This document shows positions 1-9,295 of a stretch of DNA of 64,000 nt, in pieces. Source of the stretch: Candidatus Caldarchaeum sp. (GTDB lineage: Archaea > Thermoproteota > Nitrososphaeria_A > Caldarchaeales > Caldarchaeaceae); assembly GCA_038844785.1 (NCBI GenBank), contig JAWBRA010000006.1, positions 8,244 to 72,243 of the forward strand, read 5' to 3'. The position numbers and the translations under genes are program-made. Within the stretch, counting starts at the first letter, position 1. Every line of letters begins with the position of its first letter. The notes below the pieces were generated by a model. That model was not told where the DNA came from and searched no databases. It saw only the letters and a program-made list of their open reading frames with translations.

Positions 1-2
1 CC

Positions 3-512
3 ATGCACAAGCGTTTAGTGGGCGGTTTGATCCGTGGAAAAAAGAGAAAAGTCGATGGAATGCTGGTTGTTTTCAGCACGCTCGTGTTCCTCGCCTCGGC
101 TTTGGCTTTCATCACGGGGCCGGCAAAAGCGGTCACAGGTTCTACGAAAGAGTTCATCATAACGGCGCGTCAGTGGGCCTACGACCCGCCTGCAATAGAA
201 GTCGAGCAGGGAGACGAAGTGATAATCAGACTTAAATCCATAGACATTTCACATGGCATATATGTCGAAGGATATGACATCAGGGCTGACTTGATTCTCG
301 AGGAGGGAAAGCCCAACGAGGTTGTGTTAAAGTTTATAGCAGATAAACCAGGCTCTTTCATTTTCAGATGCTCCGTCAACTGCGGACCGTTCCATCCCTT
401 CATGACAGGCGTGCTTAAGGTAAACCCCAACTACATCTTTCAGGGAGCGGCTATGCTGGCTGTGTTGACGGGGATGCTCAGCTTAGTTTACCTAGCGGTT
501 TTCAGGAGGTAG
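3..512 (+). CDS. Membrane-anchored CuA-type cupredoxin domain protein (cytochrome c oxidase subunit II / NosZ C-terminal-like)
   Basis: ARQWAY...DISHG...FRCSVNCGPFHPFM matches the CuA ligand pattern H...CxxxCxxxHxxM. It has N- and C-terminal hydrophobic helices. The start may be the ATG at 60. Confidence 0.75.
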   Translation: MHKRLVGGLIRGKKRKVDGMLVVFSTLVFLASALAFITGPAKAVTGSTKEFIITARQWAYDPPAIEVEQGDEVIIRLKSIDISHGIYVEGYDIRADLILEEGKPNEVVLKFIADKPGSFIFRCSVNCGPFHPFMTGVLKVNPNYIFQGAAMLAVLTGMLSLVYLAVFRR

Positions 513-2015
513 TTGAAGATGGAGAGCCAGCAGCAGTACAAATGGCGGTTCGACCTCTTCAGAATACCTTTGATCAAATGGTTTGTCCGCAAGAGATGGT
601 TCCAGTTCGCCGTCATAACCCCCAACCTCGCCATTTTCTTCATACTGATGACGGCGGGACTCTATGGACTGCCTGTCGGGAACAAGAACATATCGGTGCT
701 CGTAGTCTGGATACTTTGGTGGGCTGCTTTGATGATACTGCTTGTTCCGTTAGGAGGCCGTATATGGTGTATGATCTGTCCGATGCCAGCTATAGGCGAA
801 TGGCTTCAGCGCAGGACGTTGACGCAGAAGAAGGAGAAAAACCTTGGCTTGGGTAAAAAATGGCCAAAATTCCTCGACAACATATGGCTTCAGAACTTTA
901 GCTTCTTGACGGTCTCCTCTTTCATCGGCGTGCTCACCACAAGGCCTTTAGCAACAGCCATAATGCTTATCGTTCTTGTTATAGTTTTACCAACGATACT
1001 GCACCTCCTATTCGAGCGTAGAGTTTTCTGCCGCTACGTATGCCCCGTCTCAGGCTTCATAGGACTTTACTCTATGCTAGCGCCGTTAGAGCTAAGGGTC
1101 AAAAGCAGGGAGGTCTGTTTGAAACATGTTGGGAAAGAATGTTTCAAGGGTAGTGAAAACGGTTATGGATGTCCGTGGTATGAGTTTCCGCAGAACCTCA
1201 ACAGAAACGCCTACTGCGGGCTTTGCATGGAGTGTGTCAAAACATGCCCGCTCGACAACATAGCTTTAAACCTGAGAATCGGGGGAGACGACCTGCTCGT
1301 CGAACCGTGGCATGGTATAAAGAAGCGTGGGCTCGACGAAGCCTTCAAAGTATTCATAATGACTACTTTGTCTATACTTTACGCCCTTGTTTTCGTCGGC
1401 CCCTACGGCTGGCTCAAAGATTTAGCCAACGTCACGGGCGGGGCCACCTTCAAAGAAACGTGGTCGCCTCAGGGCAACCTGCTGCTTGAATCATTTAATG
1501 TGGAAAGCTTTCTGCTTTTCGCAGGGCTTGTATGGGGTAGCACGCTTTTAGCAGCTCCCGCAGTATTCCTCGCCTTCTCATACGCCGCCAAGCTTGCGTC
1601 CGGCGTGAAACACATACCGCTCAAAAAAATTTTCATCAACTTCTCATACAGCTTAGTCCCGTTAAGTTTGATGTCGTGGGTTGCGTTCTCGCTCTACATC
1701 CTTTTGGTCAACGGCTCATACTTAGTAGCGGCCCTGTCCGACCCGTTTGGATGGGGCTGGGATCTGTTCGGCACTAAACACTTTCCGTGGACGCCTGTTT
1801 TAACAAGCATCATCCCCTACATACAAGCAGCCCTGTTGATAGCAGGCCTCTACCTGTCTGTAAAGCTGGCTTACAGGATTGCGCAGCGGACGATGCCCAG
1901 CAGAAACGCCGCTATAAAGGCTGCGATACCCTTTGCAGCCATGCTGACAGGCCTCTGCCTGCTATACCTCGGCCTTTGGCTCGACTCCTTCTACTGGGGG
2001 TGGATAGCCTGGTGA
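513..2015 (+). CDS. Polytopic membrane 4Fe-4S protein (NapH/MauN/NosR-C-terminal-like)
   Basis: GRIWCMICP and RRVFCRYVCP (CxxxCP-type motifs), CGLCMECVKTCP ferredoxin motif and many TM helices. Confidence 0.8.
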   Translation: MKMESQQQYKWRFDLFRIPLIKWFVRKRWFQFAVITPNLAIFFILMTAGLYGLPVGNKNISVLVVWILWWAALMILLVPLGGRIWCMICPMPAIGEWLQRRTLTQKKEKNLGLGKKWPKFLDNIWLQNFSFLTVSSFIGVLTTRPLATAIMLIVLVIVLPTILHLLFERRVFCRYVCPVSGFIGLYSMLAPLELRVKSREVCLKHVGKECFKGSENGYGCPWYEFPQNLNRNAYCGLCMECVKTCPLDNIALNLRIGGDDLLVEPWHGIKKRGLDEAFKVFIMTTLSILYALVFVGPYGWLKDLANVTGGATFKETWSPQGNLLLESFNVESFLLFAGLVWGSTLLAAPAVFLAFSYAAKLASGVKHIPLKKIFINFSYSLVPLSLMSWVAFSLYILLVNGSYLVAALSDPFGWGWDLFGTKHFPWTPVLTSIIPYIQAALLIAGLYLSVKLAYRIAQRTMPSRNAAIKAAIPFAAMLTGLCLLYLGLWLDSFYWGWIAW

Positions 2016-2425
2016 AACTACGCCCTTCGGAATTGATAGCTATAGTGCTGCTTGGCTTCACAGTTCTAGTTACGTTGTTTGGGCCTTTTTACTACAACAA
2101 TGTTGCAAAAGCTGAGAAAGACAAAGAACATGTGTTCTATGTCACGGCGCGGCAATGGGTCTTCGAGCCAGCAGAGTTTGTTGTTAAAAAAGGCGAAAAA
2201 GTCACGTTCATCGTCTCAAGCGCTGACGTGGTCCATGGGTTCATGATAACGGGCTATAACATAAACGCTGTCATCAACCCTGGCGAGTTTGTGAAGATAA
2301 CGTTCACAGCGGACAGAGCTGGGGTTTTCGAGATTAGATGCTCTGTTTACTGCGGAGAACCGTTGCTCAACTCGGGTGCTGGACACTGGCTGATGAAAGG
2401 GGTTCTTAAGGTAGTCGAACTGTGA
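2012..2425 (+). CDS. Second CuA-type cupredoxin domain protein
   Basis: GTG start overlaps the upstream stop. One N-terminal TM helix, then ARQWVF...DVVHGF...RCSVYCGE(PLLNSGAG)HWLM, a CuA motif with a loop insertion. Confidence 0.75.
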   Translation: MKLRPSELIAIVLLGFTVLVTLFGPFYYNNVAKAEKDKEHVFYVTARQWVFEPAEFVVKKGEKVTFIVSSADVVHGFMITGYNINAVINPGEFVKITFTADRAGVFEIRCSVYCGEPLLNSGAGHWLMKGVLKVVEL

Positions 2426-2441
2426 GAGAACGTTTAATTAA

Positions 2442-2470
2442 TGTAAATACGTTGTAAACATCTGTATACA
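2442..2470. promoter_or_regulatory. Three phased direct repeats TGTA(A/T)A(T/C)A upstream of the HTH regulator
   Basis: TGTAAATA at 2442, TGTAAACA at 2453 and TGTATACA at 2463, a 10-11 bp period. Confidence 0.35.
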
Positions 2471-2528
2471 AAATAAGACAAAGGTTTTTCATACAGCAGA
2501 AAAGAAATATACCCTAGCCCCAAAGAGG

Positions 2529-3170
2529 ATGAAAAAACTTTCACTCAAAATAGACATACCGCCCCAAAGCTGGATAAGAAATATTGCGAAAACCCAGGGA
2601 GTAACTGGCGTAAAACTGTTGGACTGCATCCCCTCAAACAATTCGATGAACGAGTTCTTTGAAATAACCTGCAGCCCCGAGGCGATGGCGGAAGTTGTCA
2701 AGAACCTTCAAGAAACACCCGGCATACAAGATTTGGAAGTAACGCTGAAGATGTCTTCAGGCAAGATCGTCGGCTCACTGAAGACAACGCAGTGCAACCT
2801 CTGCAAGCACTTTGCATCCTCGGAATGCTTCCTCGGTTCAGCTGTTTACGAGCTTGACAAAGGAAGGCTCCGCTGGTCTTTCTACGTAAGGGAAAGATAT
2901 GTTCCGCAGATTCTTACAGCTTTGGAGAAGGAAGGAATAACGTACGAGGTAGAGCATAACATTAACGTAGATGTTGCTGAAGAGCTCACGCCTCTCCAGG
3001 AAAGACTGTTAGACAGGGCGCTTAGAGAAGGGTATCTGGACATCCCCAGAAGAGCAAGAGTAGAGCATCTTGCTAAAGAATTCGGGATAACAAAGGCCTC
3101 GCTCTCGATTACTCTGAGACGCGCGCTGAGGAAAGCTGTCAAAGCTTATCTTGAACAGGCTAAACCATGA
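2529..3170 (+). CDS. Bacterio-opsin-activator-type HTH (HTH_10) transcriptional regulator
   Basis: C-terminal LTPLQERLLDRALREGYLDIPRRARVEHLAKEFGITKASLSITLRRALRK is typical of this family. Confidence 0.85.
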   Translation: MKKLSLKIDIPPQSWIRNIAKTQGVTGVKLLDCIPSNNSMNEFFEITCSPEAMAEVVKNLQETPGIQDLEVTLKMSSGKIVGSLKTTQCNLCKHFASSECFLGSAVYELDKGRLRWSFYVRERYVPQILTALEKEGITYEVEHNINVDVAEELTPLQERLLDRALREGYLDIPRRARVEHLAKEFGITKASLSITLRRALRKAVKAYLEQAKP

Positions 3171-3222
3171 TACATGTGTGTTACAGCCTGTTTCCCAGCT
3201 AAAACCTCTACCTAAAGCAAGT

Positions 3223-3585
3223 TTACCCGACTATTACTTTTTCCTTTTTTCTTGGTTTTTTCTTAATGTTCTGTTTCAATAGGGAATCTGTCTCTGTTCT
3301 CGTATGTTTTATGGCATATGCTGCAGAATGATTGTCCTCTGTTATACTGTGGCTGAATACCTGAGGGTATAAAAGGGGATTCCTCATATTCTTTATAGGT
3401 GAGTCTTGGTATTCCATCCTCAACCCATAGGTCTATTCTAATCTCTCTTCTGTAGTTAGCCTCGTAATCAAGCAGGTTTTTAAACATGCTGGGTATTCTA
3501 AGCTTAAAGCCCGCAGTAACGTCGTATCTTCCTTTAAACACCTTGCCTTTAACATAGTCTCCTTTGTCGGGTATGTTTAAGGATG
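3223..3585 (-). pseudogene. Degraded AbrB/MraZ-like + Zn-ribbon gene, copy 1
   Basis: Reads SLNIPDKGDY...GRYDVTAGFKLRIP...WVEDGIP...FCSICHK with a frameshift before the second CxxC. Homologous to 9296-9690 and 62496-62890. Confidence 0.65.
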
Positions 3586-3599
3586 GTAAGCCGTCTCCG

Positions 3600-3860
3600 A
3601 GAGAGGCGGGTCATACAGACATCTCAGAAAGTTCTTCGGACTCTTCAAAGGAAGGGGGTCAACAAGTTCTACAGCAAAACAGCGAGACAGGCGCTTTAAA
3701 GGCTTACAACAGCAGTTCTGAACAACACACCACAAAGCAAAAGACGAAGAAAGAATCCTACGGAGAATCTGGAAGACTGTTAAGGAGACCCGGGAAAGGC
3801 TGGAGGCGCATGCCTGAACAGCAGAGAAAAACCACTCTGGAAAAGCCGGCCCACCTATAA
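3600..3860 (+). pseudogene. Possible decayed tyrosine recombinase (integrase) C-terminal fragment
   Basis: Across frames it reads YRHLRKFF / TLQRKGVNKFY / EERILRRIWKTV, resembling the HxLR..F ... C-terminal segment of archaeal integrases. Several frameshifts are required. Confidence 0.3.
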
Positions 3861-3972
3861 ACAGACCGTATCAAATAGATATGGCCCCGAGGTTATTAGT
3901 CGGCCTTTCTCATGGGTTTCCTTGATGTTGTTCTGGTTGACTGCCTCCAGCCAACTCTCCCCTTATTTTTTC
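3859..3972 (+). repeat. ~110-bp dispersed non-coding element, copy A
   Basis: The reverse complement aligns with 39200-39310 and 33229-33300 (core GGGGAGAGTTGGCTGGAGGCA...CATCAA...GGCC). Confidence 0.8.
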
Positions 3973-4045
3973 ATCTTTTAATTTAAATGTTGAATGAAAA
4001 CCCCACCTTATCCAGCAAAACATAAGAGTTTAACTATAGGGTTGT

Positions 4046-4501
4046 ATGATTTACCAACGTATGAGTGTGCAGGCTCCTGGGGTCGGGAGGATTAGGATTT
4101 TGTTGGCGAAGCCGGGGTTGGACGGTCATGACAGGGGGCTTCTCATCTTAGCCAGAGCTTTTAGGGATGCGGGTTTTGAGGTTGTTTACGGCGGAATACT
4201 GAGAAGCCCCGAGGAAGTTGTTGAGACAGCTATTCAGGAGGATGTTGACGTTGTTGCGTTAAGCCTCCACAACGCCGACCACATCCCAAACTTCATCAAG
4301 GTGGCGAGGCTTTTGAGGGAGAAAGGTGCTGGAGACATTTTGGTAGTGGGCGGCGGGATAATTCCACCAGAGCACAAACCAATCTTGGAGAGGGAGGGTA
4401 TTTCAGGGAACTTCGGCCCCGGAACGCCGCTCCAAACAATCATAGACCATATCGTCGAAAGGGTGAAGAGGGAGAGGTGGGGAGAAGCTAAACAGACCTG
4501 A
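4046..4501 (+). CDS. Methylmalonyl-CoA mutase small (cobalamin-binding) subunit
   Basis: AKPGLDGHDRG (DxHxxG) B12-binding motif; next to the mutase large subunit and MeaB. Confidence 0.93.
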   Translation: MIYQRMSVQAPGVGRIRILLAKPGLDGHDRGLLILARAFRDAGFEVVYGGILRSPEEVVETAIQEDVDVVALSLHNADHIPNFIKVARLLREKGAGDILVVGGGIIPPEHKPILEREGISGNFGPGTPLQTIIDHIVERVKRERWGEAKQT

Positions 4502-4563
4502 CATGAGGTAAGGTTCCTCACATCGGTGGATGGTTTCGAGCGGCTGGGATGTCGGCAGCGTTT

Positions 4564-6243
4564 TTAGATTATGACTGGTTCACGCCATGTTCCGAACACT
4601 TCCCGCCCTACGTTCATAATCTCCTCCAACGACGCATAGCTTCTTACGGCTTCTAGTATGTATGGCATGACGTTCACGTCCTCGCGTTCAAAGGCTTTGC
4701 GGAGGTTTTCAAGAGCTTTCCGCACTCTTTCGTTATCCCTTTCCCTCTTCACCTGCTGAAGCCTTTCAACCTGCTTCTTGGCAACGCTTTCGTCGACGAC
4801 AAGATATCTGATGGGCTGGTCTTCTGGGATGGTGTATTTGTTGACGCCGACCAGGACCTCTTCACCGCTCTCGATAGCCAGCTGCGTCCTGTAGGCTGCT
4901 TCATGAATCTCCCGCTGTGGGTAGCCTGCCTCTATAGCCGCAAGCATTCCGCCAAGCTCGTCAATTTTCTGGAAATACTTTAACGCGTCCTCTACCATTT
5001 GTTCGGTGAGCCATTCAACGTAGTAGGAGCCTGCCAACGGGTCTATGGTGTCAGCCACACCTGTCTCCTCGGCGATTATCTGCTGCGTCCTCAACGCGAC
5101 GAGGACAGCCTGCTCCGTTGGAAGGGCCCAAGCCTCGTCGTAGGAGTTTGTGTGCAGGGACTGTGTTCCACCTAAGACAGCCGCTAAAGCTTCTATGGCT
5201 GTCCTGATTATGTTGTTGAGGGGCTGCTGCCATGTGAGGGACGCTCCAGAGGTCTGTGTGTGGAAGCGTAGTGTAAGCGACCGTGGGTTTTCGGCGCCAT
5301 AAAACTCTTTCAACACGGTCGCCCACAGCTTTCTCGCCGCCCTGAATTTAGCTATCTCCTCGAAGAAGTTGATGGTTGAGTTGAAGAAGAAGGAGAAATG
5401 GGGGGCGAAGCTGTCAACTTTCATGCCCGAGCTTAGCCCTAGGTCTACGTAGGTGAACCCGTCCATCAGGGTGAAGGCAAGCTCCTGCAGCGCTGTGGCT
5501 CCAGCCTCTCGTATATGGTAGCCGCTGATGCTGATGAAATGCCAGCGTGGCATGTTTTTGACGCAGAAATCCATCATATCCCTTATTATTCGCAGGTGGG
5601 CTTCGGGTGTGAAGGCCCACTCCTTCTGAGCTATAAACTCCTTTAGAATGTCTGTCTGGGTTGTTCCGCTCAGCATGCGTATTGGAACCCCTTGTTTCTC
5701 GGCGACGACGATGAGCATGGCCAGCAGAACAGCTGCGGGAGCGTTTATCGTCATAGAGACGCTCACTTTGTCCAAAGGTATTCCGTTGAAAACTATCTCC
5801 ATGTCCTTCACAGTAGCTACAGAGACGCCGCATTTACCAACTTCTCCCTCGCTCCGAGGGTTGTCTGGGTCGTATCCGTATAGTGTTGGCATGTCGAAGG
5901 CAACGCTCAAACCAGTTTCACCGTGCTCCAGCAAGAAACGGAACCGTTGGTTGGTGTCCTCGGGCGTCCCGAATCCGGCGAACTGTCTCATAGTCCAAAG
6001 CCTTCCCCTATGCATCGTGGTGTATATGCCTCTTGTGAAGGGATGCCTGCCTGGAAAACCTAAGTCAAGTCCGTAGTCTAGCCATCTAACGTCGAGAGGT
6101 GTGTACAATGGTTTGACAACAAACCCCGAAGATGTTTTGAAGATTTTCTTCCTTTCACCTGTTGCTGCGGCTGTATGGGCGTAGCTTTCCTCCCAGTCTT
6201 TTACGCTACGTTCAAGCTTTTCTAAAACATCATCACGGAACAT
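4564..6243 (-). CDS. Methylmalonyl-CoA mutase large (catalytic) subunit
   Basis: PFTRGIY..MHRGRLWTMRQFAGFG, ISISGYHIREAGA and QSLHTNSYDEA motifs. The ATG at 6243 (MFRDDV) is preferred over the GTG at 6345. Confidence 0.95.
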   Translation of the reverse strand: MFRDDVLEKLERSVKDWEESYAHTAAATGERKKIFKTSSGFVVKPLYTPLDVRWLDYGLDLGFPGRHPFTRGIYTTMHRGRLWTMRQFAGFGTPEDTNQRFRFLLEHGETGLSVAFDMPTLYGYDPDNPRSEGEVGKCGVSVATVKDMEIVFNGIPLDKVSVSMTINAPAAVLLAMLIVVAEKQGVPIRMLSGTTQTDILKEFIAQKEWAFTPEAHLRIIRDMMDFCVKNMPRWHFISISGYHIREAGATALQELAFTLMDGFTYVDLGLSSGMKVDSFAPHFSFFFNSTINFFEEIAKFRAARKLWATVLKEFYGAENPRSLTLRFHTQTSGASLTWQQPLNNIIRTAIEALAAVLGGTQSLHTNSYDEAWALPTEQAVLVALRTQQIIAEETGVADTIDPLAGSYYVEWLTEQMVEDALKYFQKIDELGGMLAAIEAGYPQREIHEAAYRTQLAIESGEEVLVGVNKYTIPEDQPIRYLVVDESVAKKQVERLQQVKRERDNERVRKALENLRKAFEREDVNVMPYILEAVRSYASLEEIMNVGREVFGTWREPVII

Positions 6244-6332
6244 TGGCGAGGTTTGACGACGTTCGTTCAGAAAACTAATCTTCTCATTCCAGTAGCTGAG
6301 ACGTCTTTCACTGAATTGCCGCAGCCTATCAG

Positions 6333-6443
6333 ATAACCCGCCCACGGGTTATAAAATCTGACGGTGACTATTATTTGTTACACATCCGAGACGTCTATCC
6401 AGGTTTATAGCGTCTCGGGCATTTGCTACGGGTGTAAAACCCG
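6333..6443. other. Cluster of three inverted repeats upstream of the mutase gene
   Basis: ATAACCCG-ccca-CGGGTTAT (6333-6352), CCGAGACG...CGTCTCGG (6386-6418) and CGGGT-gtaaa-ACCCG (6429-6443). Confidence 0.5.
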
Positions 6444-6481
6444 CCCTTCACGTTGGATTGTCTTGGCGCTGGTGAAAACCT

Positions 6482-7447
6482 CTAGGATGTGTGCATGGGT
6501 TTTGTTAGGCATTCGTTGAGGAGCAGTGGGAGTTTGAGCCAGGCTATGACTCGGGGCTCTAGCCCATCCGCAACCAGTTTCTCAACCTCAGCTGCGAACT
6601 GTCTGTTTGACGCAAGCTTTTCAGCCGCAGACCTCATTCTTTCCAGCATCATAGCCACAACCTCCGCGACTGCTTGCCTCTTTCTCCTAGCCGATATTTC
6701 TCCGGACATGTTCAGCCTCTCCCATGTTTTCAAAAGGGTTTCAACGAGCTCTCCGACGCCTTCTCCACGTGTAGCTACTGTTTTCAGGACAGTTGGTTTG
6801 GCGTCTCTCCTACTCAGCATGGTTTCAAGCATCGTCGCAGTCAAGGAGCTTCTAACGTCGTCGGCTTTGTTAACCACGTATACGTCGCCTACCTCCAAAA
6901 GCCCGGCTTTGATGGCTTGGATGCTGTCCCCCATGTCGGGTGTTACAACTATAGCCACCACGTCGGCCACGTCGTTGACCGAGACATCGGTCTGGCCTGC
7001 TCCAGCCGTTTCAACCAAGATGACGTCAAAACCGGCTGCGTCGAAAACCCTTAAAACCGCTCTCGCGTTGACCGCAACACCGCCCCTAACGCCTTTCGTA
7101 GCCATGCTCCTGATAAACACGCCGGGCTTTGATGAGACAGCGGTCATCCTAACCCTGTCTCCGAGAACAGCGCCTCCCGTGAATGGGCTTGAAGGATCTA
7201 TTGCGAGAACTCCGACCTTCAACCCTTTACCTGTCAGGTGTTCGACTACACGTCCTATTAGGGTGCTTTTCCCGGAGCCGGGAGGGCCTGAAAAACCTAT
7301 TACCGGCCTTCCGCTCAGGTGTCTGTGTAGTTTTGACAGGAAAATCTCGGCGTCTGCATGGTAAAGCTCCACCATGCTGATGGCTTTGGCGAGGGCTTTA
7401 GAGTCGCCTGCTAAAACATTCCTAACAAGTTGGTCGACCTCAGACAT
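6482..7447 (-). CDS. meaB: MeaB/ArgK G3E-family GTPase (mutase metallochaperone)
   Basis: GPPGSGKST, AIDPSSPFTGGAVLGDRVRM, ETAGAGQ and NKAD motifs. Confidence 0.93.
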   Translation of the reverse strand: MSEVDQLVRNVLAGDSKALAKAISMVELYHADAEIFLSKLHRHLSGRPVIGFSGPPGSGKSTLIGRVVEHLTGKGLKVGVLAIDPSSPFTGGAVLGDRVRMTAVSSKPGVFIRSMATKGVRGGVAVNARAVLRVFDAAGFDVILVETAGAGQTDVSVNDVADVVAIVVTPDMGDSIQAIKAGLLEVGDVYVVNKADDVRSSLTATMLETMLSRRDAKPTVLKTVATRGEGVGELVETLLKTWERLNMSGEISARRKRQAVAEVVAMMLERMRSAAEKLASNRQFAAEVEKLVADGLEPRVIAWLKLPLLLNECLTKPMHTS

Positions 7448-7623
7448 CCCAACAACTTACACCAACAGCCTCTTAAAGTCTCATACGGCTTGCGACATGC
7501 TTAAGGCTGGGGTGTATAAATTTGTCCAAAAAACTACCAGCAGCACGGTGAAGAGTATAGCGATGATTCCCGTCAAGCATATGATGTAGTTGTAGAAAGC
7601 TGCTTCGGTTTATCCATTTAAGC

Positions 7624-8967
7624 TTATTTGATTTGCTGCATCGCATGTCTATAGATGTGTGCTATTAAGCCGAAGAGCATAACGACAACCCCTAAGTTGA
7701 AAAGCGACAGGTTCTTCAACCCCTCGAGATATTGTTGGAAAGCAATCAGCGAGAGAATGCCTATCACCGCCAGCAGCCCCATGATAATTCTCACCGACCA
7801 CTCATACGGAAGCTGTATTGTGACGGGCCGTGCTTTTGGAGCAGGCCTCGCGGAACTTGACATGGGTGGAGCGATGTATTTGTAGCTGATTATGAAAGTT
7901 GCCGCTATCAGGAAAAGCAGCGTCGGGTAAAAGATGAGAGGCTCCACATACACCGCCGAAAAAGCGTCGACACGAGGCTTCGTGTAAAAGCCCCACACCG
8001 TTGTGACGATTATGAGGACTATGCTTGAAAGACCCGCTGCGGTAAGAAAAGGCCGTTCCTTCCAGCTGAGTTTTTTCGACCTGTCGACGAAGGGGACTAG
8101 CAAAAAGAAAAGTATGAAGAGCAAAGGCAGCAAAGCACCTGAAGTAAACCTCTCCAAACCCGTCCTGATGAATGCGTAAATCGCTGTAAGATACCATTCC
8201 GGAACTTCCACGATAGCGCGGGTTGGGTCGTATTTTGAACCAAGTTCCACGGGATACAGGCCGCCGGCCACCAGTATGGCTCCTATTACTCCTGCGACGA
8301 CAGGCGGGTCGAAGACAAGGTTGCGTGGGAAATGAACCAAGACCAGTAACAGCATCACCATGGGTAGGATGAAGACGTGGAGTGCGTAAAACCTGATGAT
8401 CAGGTCGTACAGCCCGCCTCCCAAAAGTATTGGAGCCACTTGAGGACCCAGTATTGGTGCTGCGTTCGTCAAGCCTACCGCTATGTTAACCGCCAGCATG
8501 GCTCTTTGGTTGAGTATTAGGTCATAGCCGGTGAAAGCTTCCAAAACAGTCACAGTCCCAAGGATTATACCAGTCACCCAGATGACCTCGTTCTTCACCT
8601 TATACCTGCCGCTAAAGTACTGGTAGAAGAGATGGGCGATGGCTAGGAAAACCATGGCGTTGGATGCGTGGTAGTGAATGTTCCGGAGGAAGAACCCGAA
8701 CTCGATGTTTTCCTCGATCTCTTTGACGCTGTCGTAGGCTAGGCGTACATCAGGCCGGTAGTAGAACATCAACAAACCTCCTGTTATCCCGAGGATTAGG
8801 AAGACGATGGCGGTTAAGGTGCCGAGATAGCCGAACGGGCTTACAGCTAGACGGGGAACCTGAAACCTGAACGTGACAATCGGCGTCCTCTCCAGCCTTT
8901 CGACAAGCCATTTGACAAACTCGTCAAAAACCCTTCCAAGAGGACCTGCCTCAACCTTCTGAGCCAT
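7624..8967 (-). CDS. petB: Cytochrome b of a bc-type complex
   Basis: ITGGLLMFYYRP, RNIHYHASN, FYALHVF heme His ligands and the PEWY motif. Probable start is the ATG at 8967. Confidence 0.9.
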   Translation of the reverse strand: MAQKVEAGPLGRVFDEFVKWLVERLERTPIVTFRFQVPRLAVSPFGYLGTLTAIVFLILGITGGLLMFYYRPDVRLAYDSVKEIEENIEFGFFLRNIHYHASNAMVFLAIAHLFYQYFSGRYKVKNEVIWVTGIILGTVTVLEAFTGYDLILNQRAMLAVNIAVGLTNAAPILGPQVAPILLGGGLYDLIIRFYALHVFILPMVMLLLVLVHFPRNLVFDPPVVAGVIGAILVAGGLYPVELGSKYDPTRAIVEVPEWYLTAIYAFIRTGLERFTSGALLPLLFILFFLLVPFVDRSKKLSWKERPFLTAAGLSSIVLIIVTTVWGFYTKPRVDAFSAVYVEPLIFYPTLLFLIAATFIISYKYIAPPMSSSARPAPKARPVTIQLPYEWSVRIIMGLLAVIGILSLIAFQQYLEGLKNLSLFNLGVVVMLFGLIAHIYRHAMQQIK

Positions 8968-9295
8968 TACCTCAGACAGCTTCTTTTCAATATATAAGGA
9001 ATGCGGCTGGAAGCCTCTCACACATACTATTAGACTACTTTATTAGCCTAATCACCGAAGCCTAATAACAAAGTTCAACAGATGTTGTTTGATTTTATAG
9101 CATATGGTTAAAAGCAAACGGTCAAAAGGTCAACCTTCGTCTGATAAAAACCCTTGGGTCATAGCCAGCGCCGTGTTCAAAATACATGCTCAACAAGCAG
9201 AAACATCTGTTGAACAAGCTTATAGGGTTCCTGAACAACGCAGGCTACACGTCAAAAACCATCAATAAAATCAAAAACGGAAGCCTAACCATGAA

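Noticed and set aside
3-2425. nosZ or a complete cytochrome c oxidase
   Set aside because: Only small CuA domains are present; there is no beta-propeller CuZ domain or subunit I in the window.
6425-6450. tRNA T-arm-like sequence GGGTGTAAAACCCGCCC
   Set aside because: No TTC motif and no cloverleaf can be built.
6489-7364. Long antisense ORFs (e.g. 6489-7364, 58050-58679, 34181-34732)
   Set aside because: They are shadows of well-supported genes on the opposite strand and have no recognisable motifs.
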